From the NCBI RefSeq assembly GCF_902459465.1, contig NC_047065.1:19282001-19346000 (forward strand): DNA of 64,000 nt, written 5' to 3'. A model generated the notes under the pieces. It was not told where the DNA came from, did not search any database, and worked only from the letters and a program-made list of their open reading frames with translations. A program made the translations under genes and the position numbers. Shown one piece after another: positions 47,301 through 55,810 of this stretch. The DNA is from Asterias rubens (taxonomy: Eukaryota). How positions within the stretch are numbered: the first letter of the stretch is position 1; each line of letters starts with the position of its first letter.

Positions 47301-48173
47301 CCAGCACAAAGGGCAACTGGTCTGGAATCTTGCCAAATTTTAGGGGTCGATCACAGGTTAAGAATCTGGCATCTGACTATCTGCGGGGAAAGATGAAGAA
47401 TTCCAGATTGCGCAGATGTGTTTTTCTTCTTCACATACTTAGAAGCTATTATGGATGTGGATATATAGACATCACGTACAGGTCAACGGACATGCGCAGT
47501 TATTACAAGGTCATACAACTCGATTTTTATGTTTGATATGTTTTATTCGATAGCGAGCTTTGGACCACACGCATTTTGAATAATATTTCCATAATAATTT
47601 GTATATTTTAATCGTTGCGGTACCCGGTGCTATAGCGAACTGCCTCTAGCTACCGGGACATCTCGGTGGTCTTTAATCGGGAAGACACTCCTCTAGATTT
47701 GCAACGGTTTAGGGCTCGAATCCATCCCGAGTAGAAGGGCCTATTCTTTGCCTGTGATTTTTTTCCCACAGAGTTCTGGAAAAATACTGAATAGTGCTAT
47801 CAATAAAAAACACATCGGTAATGGGTAAAACCAAAATTATATAATAGATTGAAATTTAAATCGTTGCAGTACCCACTGCCAACAATAGGATTCGAAGCTA
47901 CTGATGGGAAATCTCTGTGGTGTAGTTGGTAAGACACTGCTAGAATAGCTCAGGAAAGTACTAAGTGCTAACACACATTGGTGTGATTGGGTCAAACCAA
48001 AATCAACTTTCCATAATAAATATGATCTTTATTCTTAGATGGAGGAGTTCCGAAGACTGAAGAATTATCCGAAAGGAGCACACCCAGCCGCCGATGACGA
48101 TGGGTTCTTAGTGGATAATTTCCGGCCCACTCAGCCCCTCAACGATCGCGTAGTCCGAGCATCGTTCCAATGA
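23202..48173 (+). CDS. CA8: Carbonic anhydrase-related protein VIII orthologue (predicted acatalytic), joined exons 23202-23271, 26595-26789, [27421-27468 optional], 29424-29548, 36374-36469, 39803-39865, 45719-45770, 46010-46122, 48039-48173
   Basis: Eight core exons total 849 nt (282 aa + stop), all GT-AG and in frame. Colinear with human CA8 as recalled: [119 protein letters not shown]. Confidence 0.96.
24179..24550 (-). mobile_element. Family A element in CA8 intron 1
   Basis: ttaa|aggcagtggacactattggtaattac ... gtgtccagtgtct|ttaa. Confidence 0.88.
24851..24920. repeat. About 22-bp minisatellite, 3 copies
   Basis: aacag.tgatttc.gttgtta.aac repeated. Confidence 0.75.
26140..26510. repeat. 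C-rich tandem repeat, unit about 97 bp, about 3.5 copies, almost no G on the + strand
   Basis: Recurring taagtaaccctccaacc.tctcaccatctt.acccctctataacgccatct..ccacttcaccctctcccaaacttacccctccc. Confidence 0.85.
26595..26789 (+). CDS. CA8: CA8 exon 2: [64 protein letters not shown]
   Basis: Acceptor ccccctctatacag at 26594, donor CAG|GTTAGT at 26790; 195 nt; frame not shown in the ORF track. Confidence 0.95.
27421..27468 (+). CDS. CA8: Candidate CA8 cassette exon, 48 nt, phase 1/1: (D)[15 protein letters not shown]
   Basis: Acceptor tttttcttctcgtttctag, donor CAG|GTAAGT, length divisible by 3, no stop, phase matches the exon 2/3 junction. No counterpart in human CA8 as recalled. Confidence 0.65.
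27570..27867 (-). mobile_element. Family A variant, decayed
   Basis: aacattgtgagaaacggctcc core; end acgtgtccactgcctttgaa. Confidence 0.65.
28128..28486. mobile_element. Family C long-TIR Kolobok-like MITE, next to a family A left-end fragment (about 28028-28110)
   Basis: TTAA at 28124-28127 and 28487-28490; arms of more than 100 bp (agaaagcttccctgaaaatattacttgctgaggtgctgtagttttt versus aaaaactacagcacctcagcaagtgatattttcaggaaagctttct). Fragments recur at about 33120-33270 and 40890-41065. Confidence 0.82.
28491..28867 (+). mobile_element. Family A element, last 4 bp missing
   Basis: Starts directly on the TTAA that closes the family C element; ends gtgtccact. Confidence 0.88.
28872..29181 (-). 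mobile_element. Family A element, reverse orientation, about 60 bp of one end deleted
   Basis: ggggagaggttgatggtataaaac ... gtgtccactgcct|ttaa. Confidence 0.85.
29424..29548 (+). CDS. CA8: CA8 exon 3: (V)[41 protein letters not shown]
   Basis: Acceptor ctctttccattcag at 29423, donor GAG|GTACCT at 29549; covers zinc-ligand positions 94/96 and E106. Confidence 0.96.
29675..30036 (+). mobile_element. Family D element
   Basis: Same interior as 10194 (agttcacagat..acaa, gaaacaagggtggg); ends gtgtccaatggct|ttaa. Confidence 0.82.
30443..30603. mobile_element. MITE with TIR gcccttttcgaa..ca.ggctt; decayed relative at about 56685-56822
   Basis: gcccttttcgaacccatggctt versus aagccgtggtttcgaaaagggc. 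Confidence 0.65.
32249..32338. repeat. (GA)n microsatellite
   Basis: Seen directly; shorter GA runs at about 40195-40222 and 44152-44173. Confidence 0.95.
33347..33701 (+). mobile_element. Family A element with short internal deletion
   Basis: TTAA both sides; lacks the acacccttgtcacacgaagttgtg segment. Confidence 0.85.
36374..36469 (+). CDS. CA8: CA8 exon 4: [32 protein letters not shown]
   Basis: Acceptor tttttgatcttag at 36373, donor CAG|GTAATT at 36470; 96 nt; His119 equivalent present. Confidence 0.96.
36825..37170. repeat. Degenerate short-period repeat (ggtgcatcattggtgtt-like)
   Basis: Recurrent catcattggt / ttggtgcat words. Confidence 0.55.
37368..37861. other. Two assembly gaps (N at 37368-37571 and 37700-37861) in CA8 intron 4
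   Basis: N runs of 204 and 162 nt; true size and content unknown. Confidence 0.99.
39803..39865 (+). CDS. CA8: CA8 exon 5: [21 protein letters not shown]
   Basis: Acceptor gatgtcttgtag at 39802, donor AAG|GTACGT at 39866; 63 nt; matches human [21 protein letters not shown]. Confidence 0.93.
41853..42232 (-). mobile_element. Family A element
   Basis: gtaa|aggcagtggacac ... gtgtccagtgtct|ttaa. Confidence 0.87.
45159..45545 (+). mobile_element. Family A element, about 170 bp upstream of CA8 exon 6
   Basis: tgaa|aggcactggacac ... gtgtccactgcct|ttaa. Confidence 0.87.
45719..45770 (+). CDS. CA8: CA8 exon 6: [17 protein letters not shown]
   Basis: Acceptor ttgttttggcag at 45718, donor CG|GTAAGC at 45771; 52 nt; matches human GKSKTIPCFNPNTLLP. 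Confidence 0.92.
46010..46122 (+). CDS. CA8: CA8 exon 7: [38 protein letters not shown]
   Basis: Acceptor cttcttatctttactag at 46009, donor CAG|GTAAGC at 46123; 113 nt; GSLTTPPC alpha-CA motif. Confidence 0.96.
46128..46510. repeat. About 110-120-bp tandem repeat, about 3 diverged units, start of CA8 intron 7
   Basis: Recurring cgtataaacc.taa.acg.tta..ga.ttagacaggtt and tcgattgagac.att.gcacagta.aacaataa. Confidence 0.7.
46615..46660 (+). ncRNA. Minimal type I hammerhead-ribozyme-like motif (Penelope-like element signature), probably decayed
   Basis: tagcct-TTGAGGA-aggtt...ggtc-GAAAC-GTC-agacta: stem I 5/6 pairs, ACGT palindromic stem III, AATAAA about 20 nt downstream; related copy at 16587-16623. 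Confidence 0.45.
47640..48005 (+). mobile_element. Two decayed tRNA-derived SINE-like copies in CA8 intron 7; the 3' part also occurs at about 24570-24680
   Basis: Shared aagacact...ctaga, gtgct.acacacat.ggtgt and aaccaaaat segments; degenerate B-box gggctcgaatcc. Confidence 0.5.
48039..48173 (+). CDS. CA8: CA8 exon 8 (last coding): [44 protein letters not shown]
   Basis: Acceptor tctttattcttag at 48038; DNFRPTQPL motif; TGA at 48171-48173. Confidence 0.96.
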   Translation: MEEFRRLKNYPKGAHPAADDDGFLVDNFRPTQPLNDRVVRASFQ

Positions 48174-48189
48174 GAAGGTTATGAAATCA

Positions 48190-48540
48190 AAACACCTACA
48201 AAATAACAACTGAATTTGGTATAATTATTGCAATGATTAATGTAATATATACCCCAATTCGGGTTTAGGATGACTGTGCCACTATGAACAACTGCAATGC
48301 TGTATATATTTATTGGACTTTGTTTGAAGAAGAAAACAAAATGAACAACACTAAATCGAGCTTCGTTCCAAAGAGTAAAAAATGAGAAACAAAACACCGA
48401 ACAGTAAAATTTAGTGATATTATAATTTTGCAATGATTAATGTAATTTTCAATCCCGATCGGGTTTAATTTAATGATGACAGTATAGGAACAACTACAAT
48501 ATATAACACAGTATTTATTGGTACTTTATTTGTTTCACCA
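48190..48540. repeat. About 200-bp-period duplication at the start of the CA8 3'UTR
   Basis: tataatt.ttgcaatgattaatgtaat...tcgggttta...atgac...aacaact.caat...tatttattgg at 48220-48330 and 48421-48535. Confidence 0.7.
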
Positions 48541-49158
48541 CAAAACATGAACCAAATGTCACGAGAACAATGTACAAGTCGAGCAAAGCGAGATAATTAC
48601 AACAAGAGGAATTGTTATTTAATATCATTAGAATTCACGTTATTTTTTTGTAATTTTTTGTTTGCGTCGTGTTGTGCACAGATAGTGGCACAAAATTACC
48701 ACCCGAATTGCCATAACGACGTTTCTGGTCACCACAAGTGGTGGAATTATGCCTATCTTAGTCGATCAAAATGTGAATTTTTTTATTTATATATTGGCGC
48801 TAAATTATATTGGCATGAATTTACCATCAAAATCGCCATTACGATATTTCTGATTTGCATGCCTTATGTTGTTGTGATGTTACCGGTATACAAAGTGACG
48901 CCGTGAGTTCATTTTCTACCTTTTGGGGTGTATTAATAATTGCTGCTTAAACTCACCTATGAAGTACTTATTGAAATATTTGGAAGTTGTATTTTTACCA
49001 CTATGTGCACTTTTAAAGAGCTTCTCTTGATAAAATGTTCGTATCCTCAATTGATGAACAACTATGTATATAAGAGCTAGATTAAAAAAGGGTTTTTAAA
49101 AATCCTGAACTGCAATGTTTAGTCAGTATTGTGTAAACAGAGGTATGTGTTGTTTGCT

Positions 49159-49164
49159 AATAAA
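49159..49164 (+). terminator. Candidate CA8 poly(A) signal AATAAA (about 1 kb 3'UTR)
   Basis: AATAAA about 985 nt after the stop codon, followed by GT/T-rich sequence; inferred only. Confidence 0.3.
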
Positions 49165-49241
49165 TATTTGTGTCACAATCTGTTGCCACTTAAACTTTTG
49201 AACAAATGTATTTCGTTTTACTGTTACTGTTGAACTGTTAA

Positions 49242-49618
49242 AGGCAGTGGACACTCTTGGTAATTGTCAAAGACTAGCCTTCACAGTTGGTGTATCTCAA
49301 CATATGCATAAAATAACAAACCTGTGAAAATTTGAGCTCAATCGGTCATCGAAGTGGCGAGATAATAGTGAAAGAAAAATAACCCTTGTCACACGAAGTT
49401 GTGTGCGTTTAGATGGTTGATTTCGAGACCTCAAGTTCTAAATCTGAGGTCTCGAAATCAAATTCGTGGAAAATTACTTCTTTCTCAAAAACTATGGCAC
49501 TCCAGAGGGAGCCGTTTCTCACAATGTTTTATACCATCAACCTCTCCCAATTTCTCTTCACCAAGAAAGGTTTTAGCCAATAATTATTTTGAGTAATTCC
49601 TAATAGTGTCCACTGCCT
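49242..49618 (+). mobile_element. Family A element inserted in a tandem array
   Basis: TTAA at 49238-49241 and 49619-49622; full TIRs. Confidence 0.88.
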
Positions 49619-51128
49619 TTAAGAAAAAAACATTATGCAGATTGTAATTGTTCTCCTTTGTCTTTCTGTCTTTCATAAGTCACAAAAGGAGTAAATCGGG
49701 TACGTTGCCGTAATATAAAAAAAGTTGTTGTTTCGAACCCAAGTTTGCTACGAAATAATTCATGCAATCTGTTGCCCTGTAAACTTTTGTAAACTAATTT
49801 TCATTTCACTGAAGCTAGTTCCACTGTTTGAAAAACAAAACAAAAACATTATGCCGATTGTAATTGTTCTGCTCTGTCTTTCATAAAACGAGCACAAAAC
49901 GAGTCACAAAACGAGCAGTTCGGGTACGTTGCAGTAATAGGAAAAAGACAAAAGTTGTTGTTTCGAACCAAAGCTTACTGTAAAATAATTCATGCAATCT
50001 GTTGCTATTTAAATACTGAAAATACGTTTCATTTCACTGAAGCTGTTTCGTTTCCACTGTTAGGAAAAACCCATTATGCCGAGTATAATTTGTTCTCTGT
50101 CTTTCGTGAGTCACAAAACGAGCAGTTCGGGTACGTTGTCGTAATAGACAAAAATAGCTTATGTTTCAAATCGTAAGTTTGCATTAAAATAATGCCGTGA
50201 ATGGAAACAATGTCCGCTGGAGCAGTTGTCAATCTGAGAATTTTTTTGATATTTTTTATTCTCACACATTGAGCAAACCTCACTGGAGTAATTCTGTAAT
50301 AGTTTTCAATTGTGCGTTTAAACCGCTCCAGGGTCCTGCCACGCGAGATTCAATTTCACCAACTCCTTCAAAAAAAGAATGGATTATGACAAAATTGTGT
50401 CGTCCTCTCGAGTATAGATTTTTCCGGTTCATCTTCAAACTGTGCTATTATCTCAAGAATAGAGGAAGAAAGGAATGTATTAAGTAGTGCAAGAGAGAGC
50501 TGAGAGAGGGTTGTTATCACCGGAGGCAGGAGGAGAGAGACGCAAGGGTGGTGATGTTGTCCAACTAAACCGGGTACTCCTTCAGTCTTGCCCCGGTGAC
50601 TCAGCGTGGCTTAAGGCCACCCCCTTGATGCTCCCATTGTCACCACTGCCGCTGTCGTTCACTGGATCCATGCTACCTGATCTGCCTATCGTGACACATC
50701 ATTATAGACATTGCTCCGAACGGTCATTCAGGGTTTTTTTCTCTTTTTTTCCCCAGGAGTTTATATAAATAAAAAAAAAAATTAAAAAAAGAAACCCCCG
50801 GGACGTACAAATAATAGCGCCCTCTATTAAAATAAAATTCTTTACTACAATGAGGTATTGATTGGGGACTGTGTACTGTGCTGACTGATCGAGACACGAC
50901 TAAACAACGCCTAACTGGAGCGCCAGATATTATGTGCACCAACTGGACAATAGATAATTGGTTTGTGGAAGAGTAAACTAATTCCATTCCTTTAGTTTAC
51001 AAGAAACACACCAACCAACCTACCAGTGAAAATTGCATCAATAATATGGTCTTGTATATAAGGTATGATGCAAGCATGGTAGAGCTTACAAAATAACCAT
51101 TTATATATATACGTAAAATAACAAACCT

Positions 51129-51266
51129 GGGGTGGACTTCACAAAGAGTTAGGACTAGTCATATCTCGAGTTAGGACGAGTTATTCGTCCTAACTTAGGA
51201 CTATCCATGCAATTTGTATATCTCCTAGGACTAGTCCTAAGTCCTAACTCTTTTGAAATGGACCCC
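51129..51266. mobile_element. Family F palindromic MITE (atttcacaaagagttaggact...); other copies 30277-30414 and about 47137-47253
   Basis: Shared core ggactatccatgcaatttgtatatctcctaggactagtcctaag and inverted ends. Confidence 0.78.
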
Positions 51267-52253
51267 AGCCCTGTGAACTCATGGGTTTAATTCGCTTTGT
51301 AAGTTAGGAGAAAATAGTGAAAACCATGCATTTTTTTCTTCAGTATACATCATCTTAATAAATATCCTCGGCCATTATTATCGAAATCAGTTATGTTGTG
51401 TGTTTGTATGTATTCATATACAGCTTTAATAATGACTGCATTAAATTCAGATAAGAGGGAATATTTCAGATACACAAATGTGCTAGTTTCATAATCAGTA
51501 AACTTTTAGACCTTTAATTTAAACAAGGATGTGTTTGTATCAAGGCTCTGTCCTTACTCTATGGTTTTATCAATCCTTTTTAAGTTTCATACATTTTAAG
51601 CGACAACATTAAAACGATATATGCTGGCTCTGTCCAGTGTTGTCGTTTTTATATGGCGTCTTTCGATCGGAACAGCCAATAAACCGCTGTTATCTATATC
51701 AGTGGTCTTCAATGGGAGACTTTGGGACGCTAGGTGGCAGCAGACTTATCAGGTAAATTTCCATTGTTTACGTAGTTCTGGGCGTGCGCACATGACCGAG
51801 AACAATGGATTTTACCTGGTAAGTCTGCTGCCACCAAGCGTCTAAAAAGTCTCCCATTGCTATTGCTCGATTTTACCTCTTATATTCTTAACTTTGAGGC
51901 CTAACTGATGTTGGAAATATACCCAGTTTAAATTCGAAACCCAAATTTAATCCTGTGACTTTATCCGATATAAAAACACTGTCGTTCGTCGTGTAGTCCC
52001 AAGGATATTTTTTCATTAAACAAAACATTTTCGAGGCCTTGATGTTATTTTAATCATAGGCCTATCAATTGCCTTTATCTTTTATTTTATTGACCCAAAA
52101 TGTCAGCCTAGAGGTATTATAAGATCATTATTATTAAATTATAAATCTATGTGTTGATAACAAAGATTAGACTAAACTAAACTAATGGAATGCAATTGCA
52201 TCTGAATGCCATTCAACAAAATGAGTATAGTGGAAAGATATTATTTCTTTTAA

Positions 52254-52631
52254 AGACAGTGTACACTATTGGTAATTGTCAAAGAGCAGTCTTCCCACTT
52301 GGTGTATCTCAACATATGCATAAAATAATAAACCTGTGAAAATTTGAGCTCGATTGGTCGTCGGAGTTGCGAGATAACTAAGAAAGAAAAAACACCCTTG
52401 TCACACGAAGTTGTGTACTTTCAGATGCTTGATTTCGAGACCTCAAGTTCTAAACTTGATGTCTCGAAATCAAATTCGTGGAAAATTACTTCTTTCTCCA
52501 AAACTAGGTCACTTCAGAGGGAGCTGTTTCTCACAATGTTTTATACCATCAGTCTCTCCCCATTACTCGTTTCCAAGTAAGGTTTTATGCCAATAATTAT
52601 TTTGAGTAATTACCAATAGTGTCCACTGCCT
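52254..52631 (+). mobile_element. Family A element
   Basis: TTAA both sides; full TIRs. Confidence 0.88.
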
Positions 52632-54136
52632 TTAAGAATTGTAAACACGGGTACAGCCAAGTGACATCTCTTTTTGTAAGGAGTATCTTCATTTGGAAAT
52701 ACTGAGAAAACGGCAAAAAAAATGGGATTTTACAATAATTGACACCATGGGTGCTGTCACTTTATGATACAGAGAACCAAAATTAACTTCAGGGGTGCTT
52801 AAATATTTTGTGTTGCCAGAAATTTCCGCTATTTTTATTCTTTTCCCCGATATCTATAATTATGACGAACGTTCGGGGGGCAACGTTCCCATCAAAATAG
52901 GTTCACAAAGTGAATGTACCCGCAAGTTTATCACTTGTATAAGTACTTATTATCCAAAGCAAAGCTTCAAACCTGACTCAATGTTCTATCTCACCAATAA
53001 TGTGTTTAAGGACCTTTCGATTCTGACTGAGATCAACATGCACTTAAGTCATTTTAAGCCGCTCAGAATCAGTGATTTGTCCAGGAACTTTGATGAGCGC
53101 CAACACCTAATGAGTTGTCACAGTTAAACTCCACTAATGACCAATACTGAAGTTGTCTCCACGTTTAAGGCCGATGTGCTATAATTGCACGAGACAGTGT
53201 TATCATCCTCGAAGAAGCCGCAGAAGAAAAACCACTTAATTTGTACTTCTTCCCACCAAGCTCAACTTGGGTGTTTTGTTGCCAGTGACGGTGTTTGCCG
53301 TCCTCACATCTGCTGGCTGCGCCTGGGCATAATGCGTTTATCAGGGGGAACCAATCTGAATGACCGGATGAAAACAGTTTGCTCTGGTCCATCGGGTATT
53401 TTTATGTTTTACTTCCAAGAAGGCAAGCTATGAAATTATTCATCAACGTTCAAAGCCACAGCTGTAGTTTTTTTTTTTGACGTGGTCTCTCTTTTCCGAA
53501 ATTCAACATTTGTTACATCTGGATGGTCATTACTGTTAGGGTCACATGAGGGTCAGGCATGACTAACACTCTTTGATGGGAGATGCGGGTATTTTTGGCA
53601 GGATGATAAACCACGTTTATTACCAATCAATCTCGGTTTGTTGGGATCAGCTTGCCAAATTTGTTGTCGTCGAATCGTAGTTGACCTTTGACACGATACA
53701 CTTTTCAGTTGTGACACGTGACAAGCTTAGTAGGATTTGCTAATTAGTGACAAGCTGTAGTGACAAGCTAATGCCCAATCAGCGCGTCTACTCTTCTGTC
53801 CCGCAATTATTTTTCTGCACATTAAAACAAAAATCTAAATCGATTCTAAGAAGAAGTAAAAAATAATGTCAACGACACTCGCAGTTTCGTAGTGCAAAAC
53901 AAACTTTTTTCTTCGATACCAGTGGCGGGTTTTGTATGTCAAAAAGATGAGAAGATACAATCGCTTTTTTGGGGGTAGTAAATAATTAGTCCGATTCATT
54001 AGTCACTATGAACCAGATTGCGTATACGTAGTCAAGAGTAGGGTGTGAAATGTTTCACTTGTGTCAAACCAAATGCACTGCATAATCAGTGCCCTTTTAA
54101 TGACTGCTGTTACGCCATCCACAACGTGGTTTCAGT

Positions 54137-54289
54137 GGGTGCGTTCGTTTAGCTCCCCTTGGTCGACCCCGGTGTGTGGCGTGTTTTTTTTTCCAGGACA
54201 AACGTGTGCAGATAATCACCCACGTTCGTCCTGGAAAAAAAACCCGCCACACACCGGGGTTGACCCAGGAAAGCTAAACGAACGCACCC
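54137..54289. mobile_element. Near-perfect 153-bp palindrome, probably a MITE
   Basis: gggtgcgttcgtttagct...ccccggtgtgtggc...ttttttccaggac pairs with gtcctggaaaaaaa...gccacacaccgggg...agctaaacgaacgcaccc. Confidence 0.7.
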
Positions 54290-55744
54290 TATAATGCCCG
54301 TTGGGGCGCCACTGTCTCGGACGTTTTCCCCACTGAGTACCGTAGCAATTAACATCAAAACCCAAAATGACAAGCCGTTTGTGTGGAACCCACATTGCAT
54401 GTCCAGTGGTAGAGTTTGATTTGGGAGGAGTAACACACAAACGGGATATATCTCTTAGTGATATCGCCTCCCAGCTCCTGCCAAAAATACCAACGCTATT
54501 CAAATAATTGATGGCGATCGATCGTCCCATGAGCCGAGCTTCGCTATATTTCACCCCGTATAGTAACACAATCGTCTCCGTTCGTGTCGTCACAATAGAG
54601 ACTCCCATGTTCGTCAAAGTTTGGTCAGTAGCAATGCCAGTGCTATGTAAACGTCACCGTTCCAGACACTCGTGAGCGATCTCTGCTGACAACCCTATCC
54701 GGAGGCAGCTCGAGACGATCTCGAAGCATACCGTGAACGGAGAGGGAAATATGCTTTTACGACGTGTATGACAGAGCTGTGTTCTATTCATTGTGTTGTG
54801 TATCTAAGATCCACCCATGATTTATCTTAGATTCAGGTGAACACACTGTTTTGACAAAGACTGCCATCAAACAAACATAACTCGCCAGGATGCGATTCAT
54901 CCCCCATGTCTTGTCAGGACTTGGTGAAACTCGGCTTGAGGCACGTGCATCTCTTTCTTCATCCCAAGGACCTCCCCGAAACCCACGCTCTCAAAAGAAC
55001 AATGGAGTTTCATTTGTATTAAGGCCAAATAAGAAACAATACTAGTTGACCGTCCCCTCCTCGCATCCTTTTCATTTTATATTTTTTTATTTTAAAAAGA
55101 CGGTTGTTTGTGTATTTCTCATTTAATGCTTGGCGACCATCTTCGAAAGAAATACAAAATAAAAATCCCCACATCCTCCTCTTTTTGGAAAAACCCGGAC
55201 GACTAACTGGTGTTTTATTTTACCTGGCCTTACTTGCAGTACACCGTTAAATCTTACGTGATATTCTATTTGCAGGATCGCACAATAAAAACACATTAGA
55301 AGAATAGATAGACAGACAGACAATTGTGTTTTGTCTGAACAACGCACGACTGAAACTAGACGGACGAAACTTTGTTTATAAGGAACAACTGAATCATAGC
55401 GTCAATACGTTTTATATGCCACAAGTCATTTTAAAGAATGATACATAACTAATACAAATTCATTAGTTCATTACTTATATTTTTAACACACACAAGGAAA
55501 AGTGATATCATTTACATTACATTATAATGATTAAGGAAGACATAAATACAATGGAATTTTGTGTGAGGATAGAGGTCTCCAAGAAGCATCAGCTTATCGA
55601 GTAGAGACCCTGCACTCGTACAATAACAACACAAAGAACAGTACAACAATATAAAAACACGATTACAACTAAATTACAACTTAGATATACAACTAGTATA
55701 TAAAGTATGCTCGAGGTTGGAATAAAGAAAGTCTGCGTTATTTG

Positions 55745-55810
55745 CACGTTAATCCGGAGGTCGTTGGTTCGAATCCCACTCTAGTCAATTCTTTGTTCAG
55801 CCCCAAAAAT
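55745..55810 (+). mobile_element. tRNA-derived SINE head fragment (B box GGTTCGAATCC); a matching A-box half lies on the minus strand at about 17170-17215
   Basis: ggaggtcgttggttcgaatcccactct; minus strand ggggctgaaagctcagttggtatagcgcc. No complete cloverleaf. Confidence 0.5.

Larger units (their letters stand above)
49152..50195. repeat. About 220-bp tandem array (2.6 units plus a partial unit), interrupted by the family A element at 49242-49618
   Basis: cattatg anchors at 49631, 49847 and 50072; shared tcgggtacgttg..gtaata and ataattcatgcaatctgttgc. Confidence 0.8.

Noticed and set aside
54216-54617. 133-aa minus-strand ORF in a CpG-rich block
   Set aside because: Its end is the palindromic MITE; no recognisable domain or convincing splice sites.
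14648-55810. B-box-containing segments as genuine tRNA genes
   Set aside because: None gives a complete cloverleaf; they sit in repeat context and are better explained as SINE heads.
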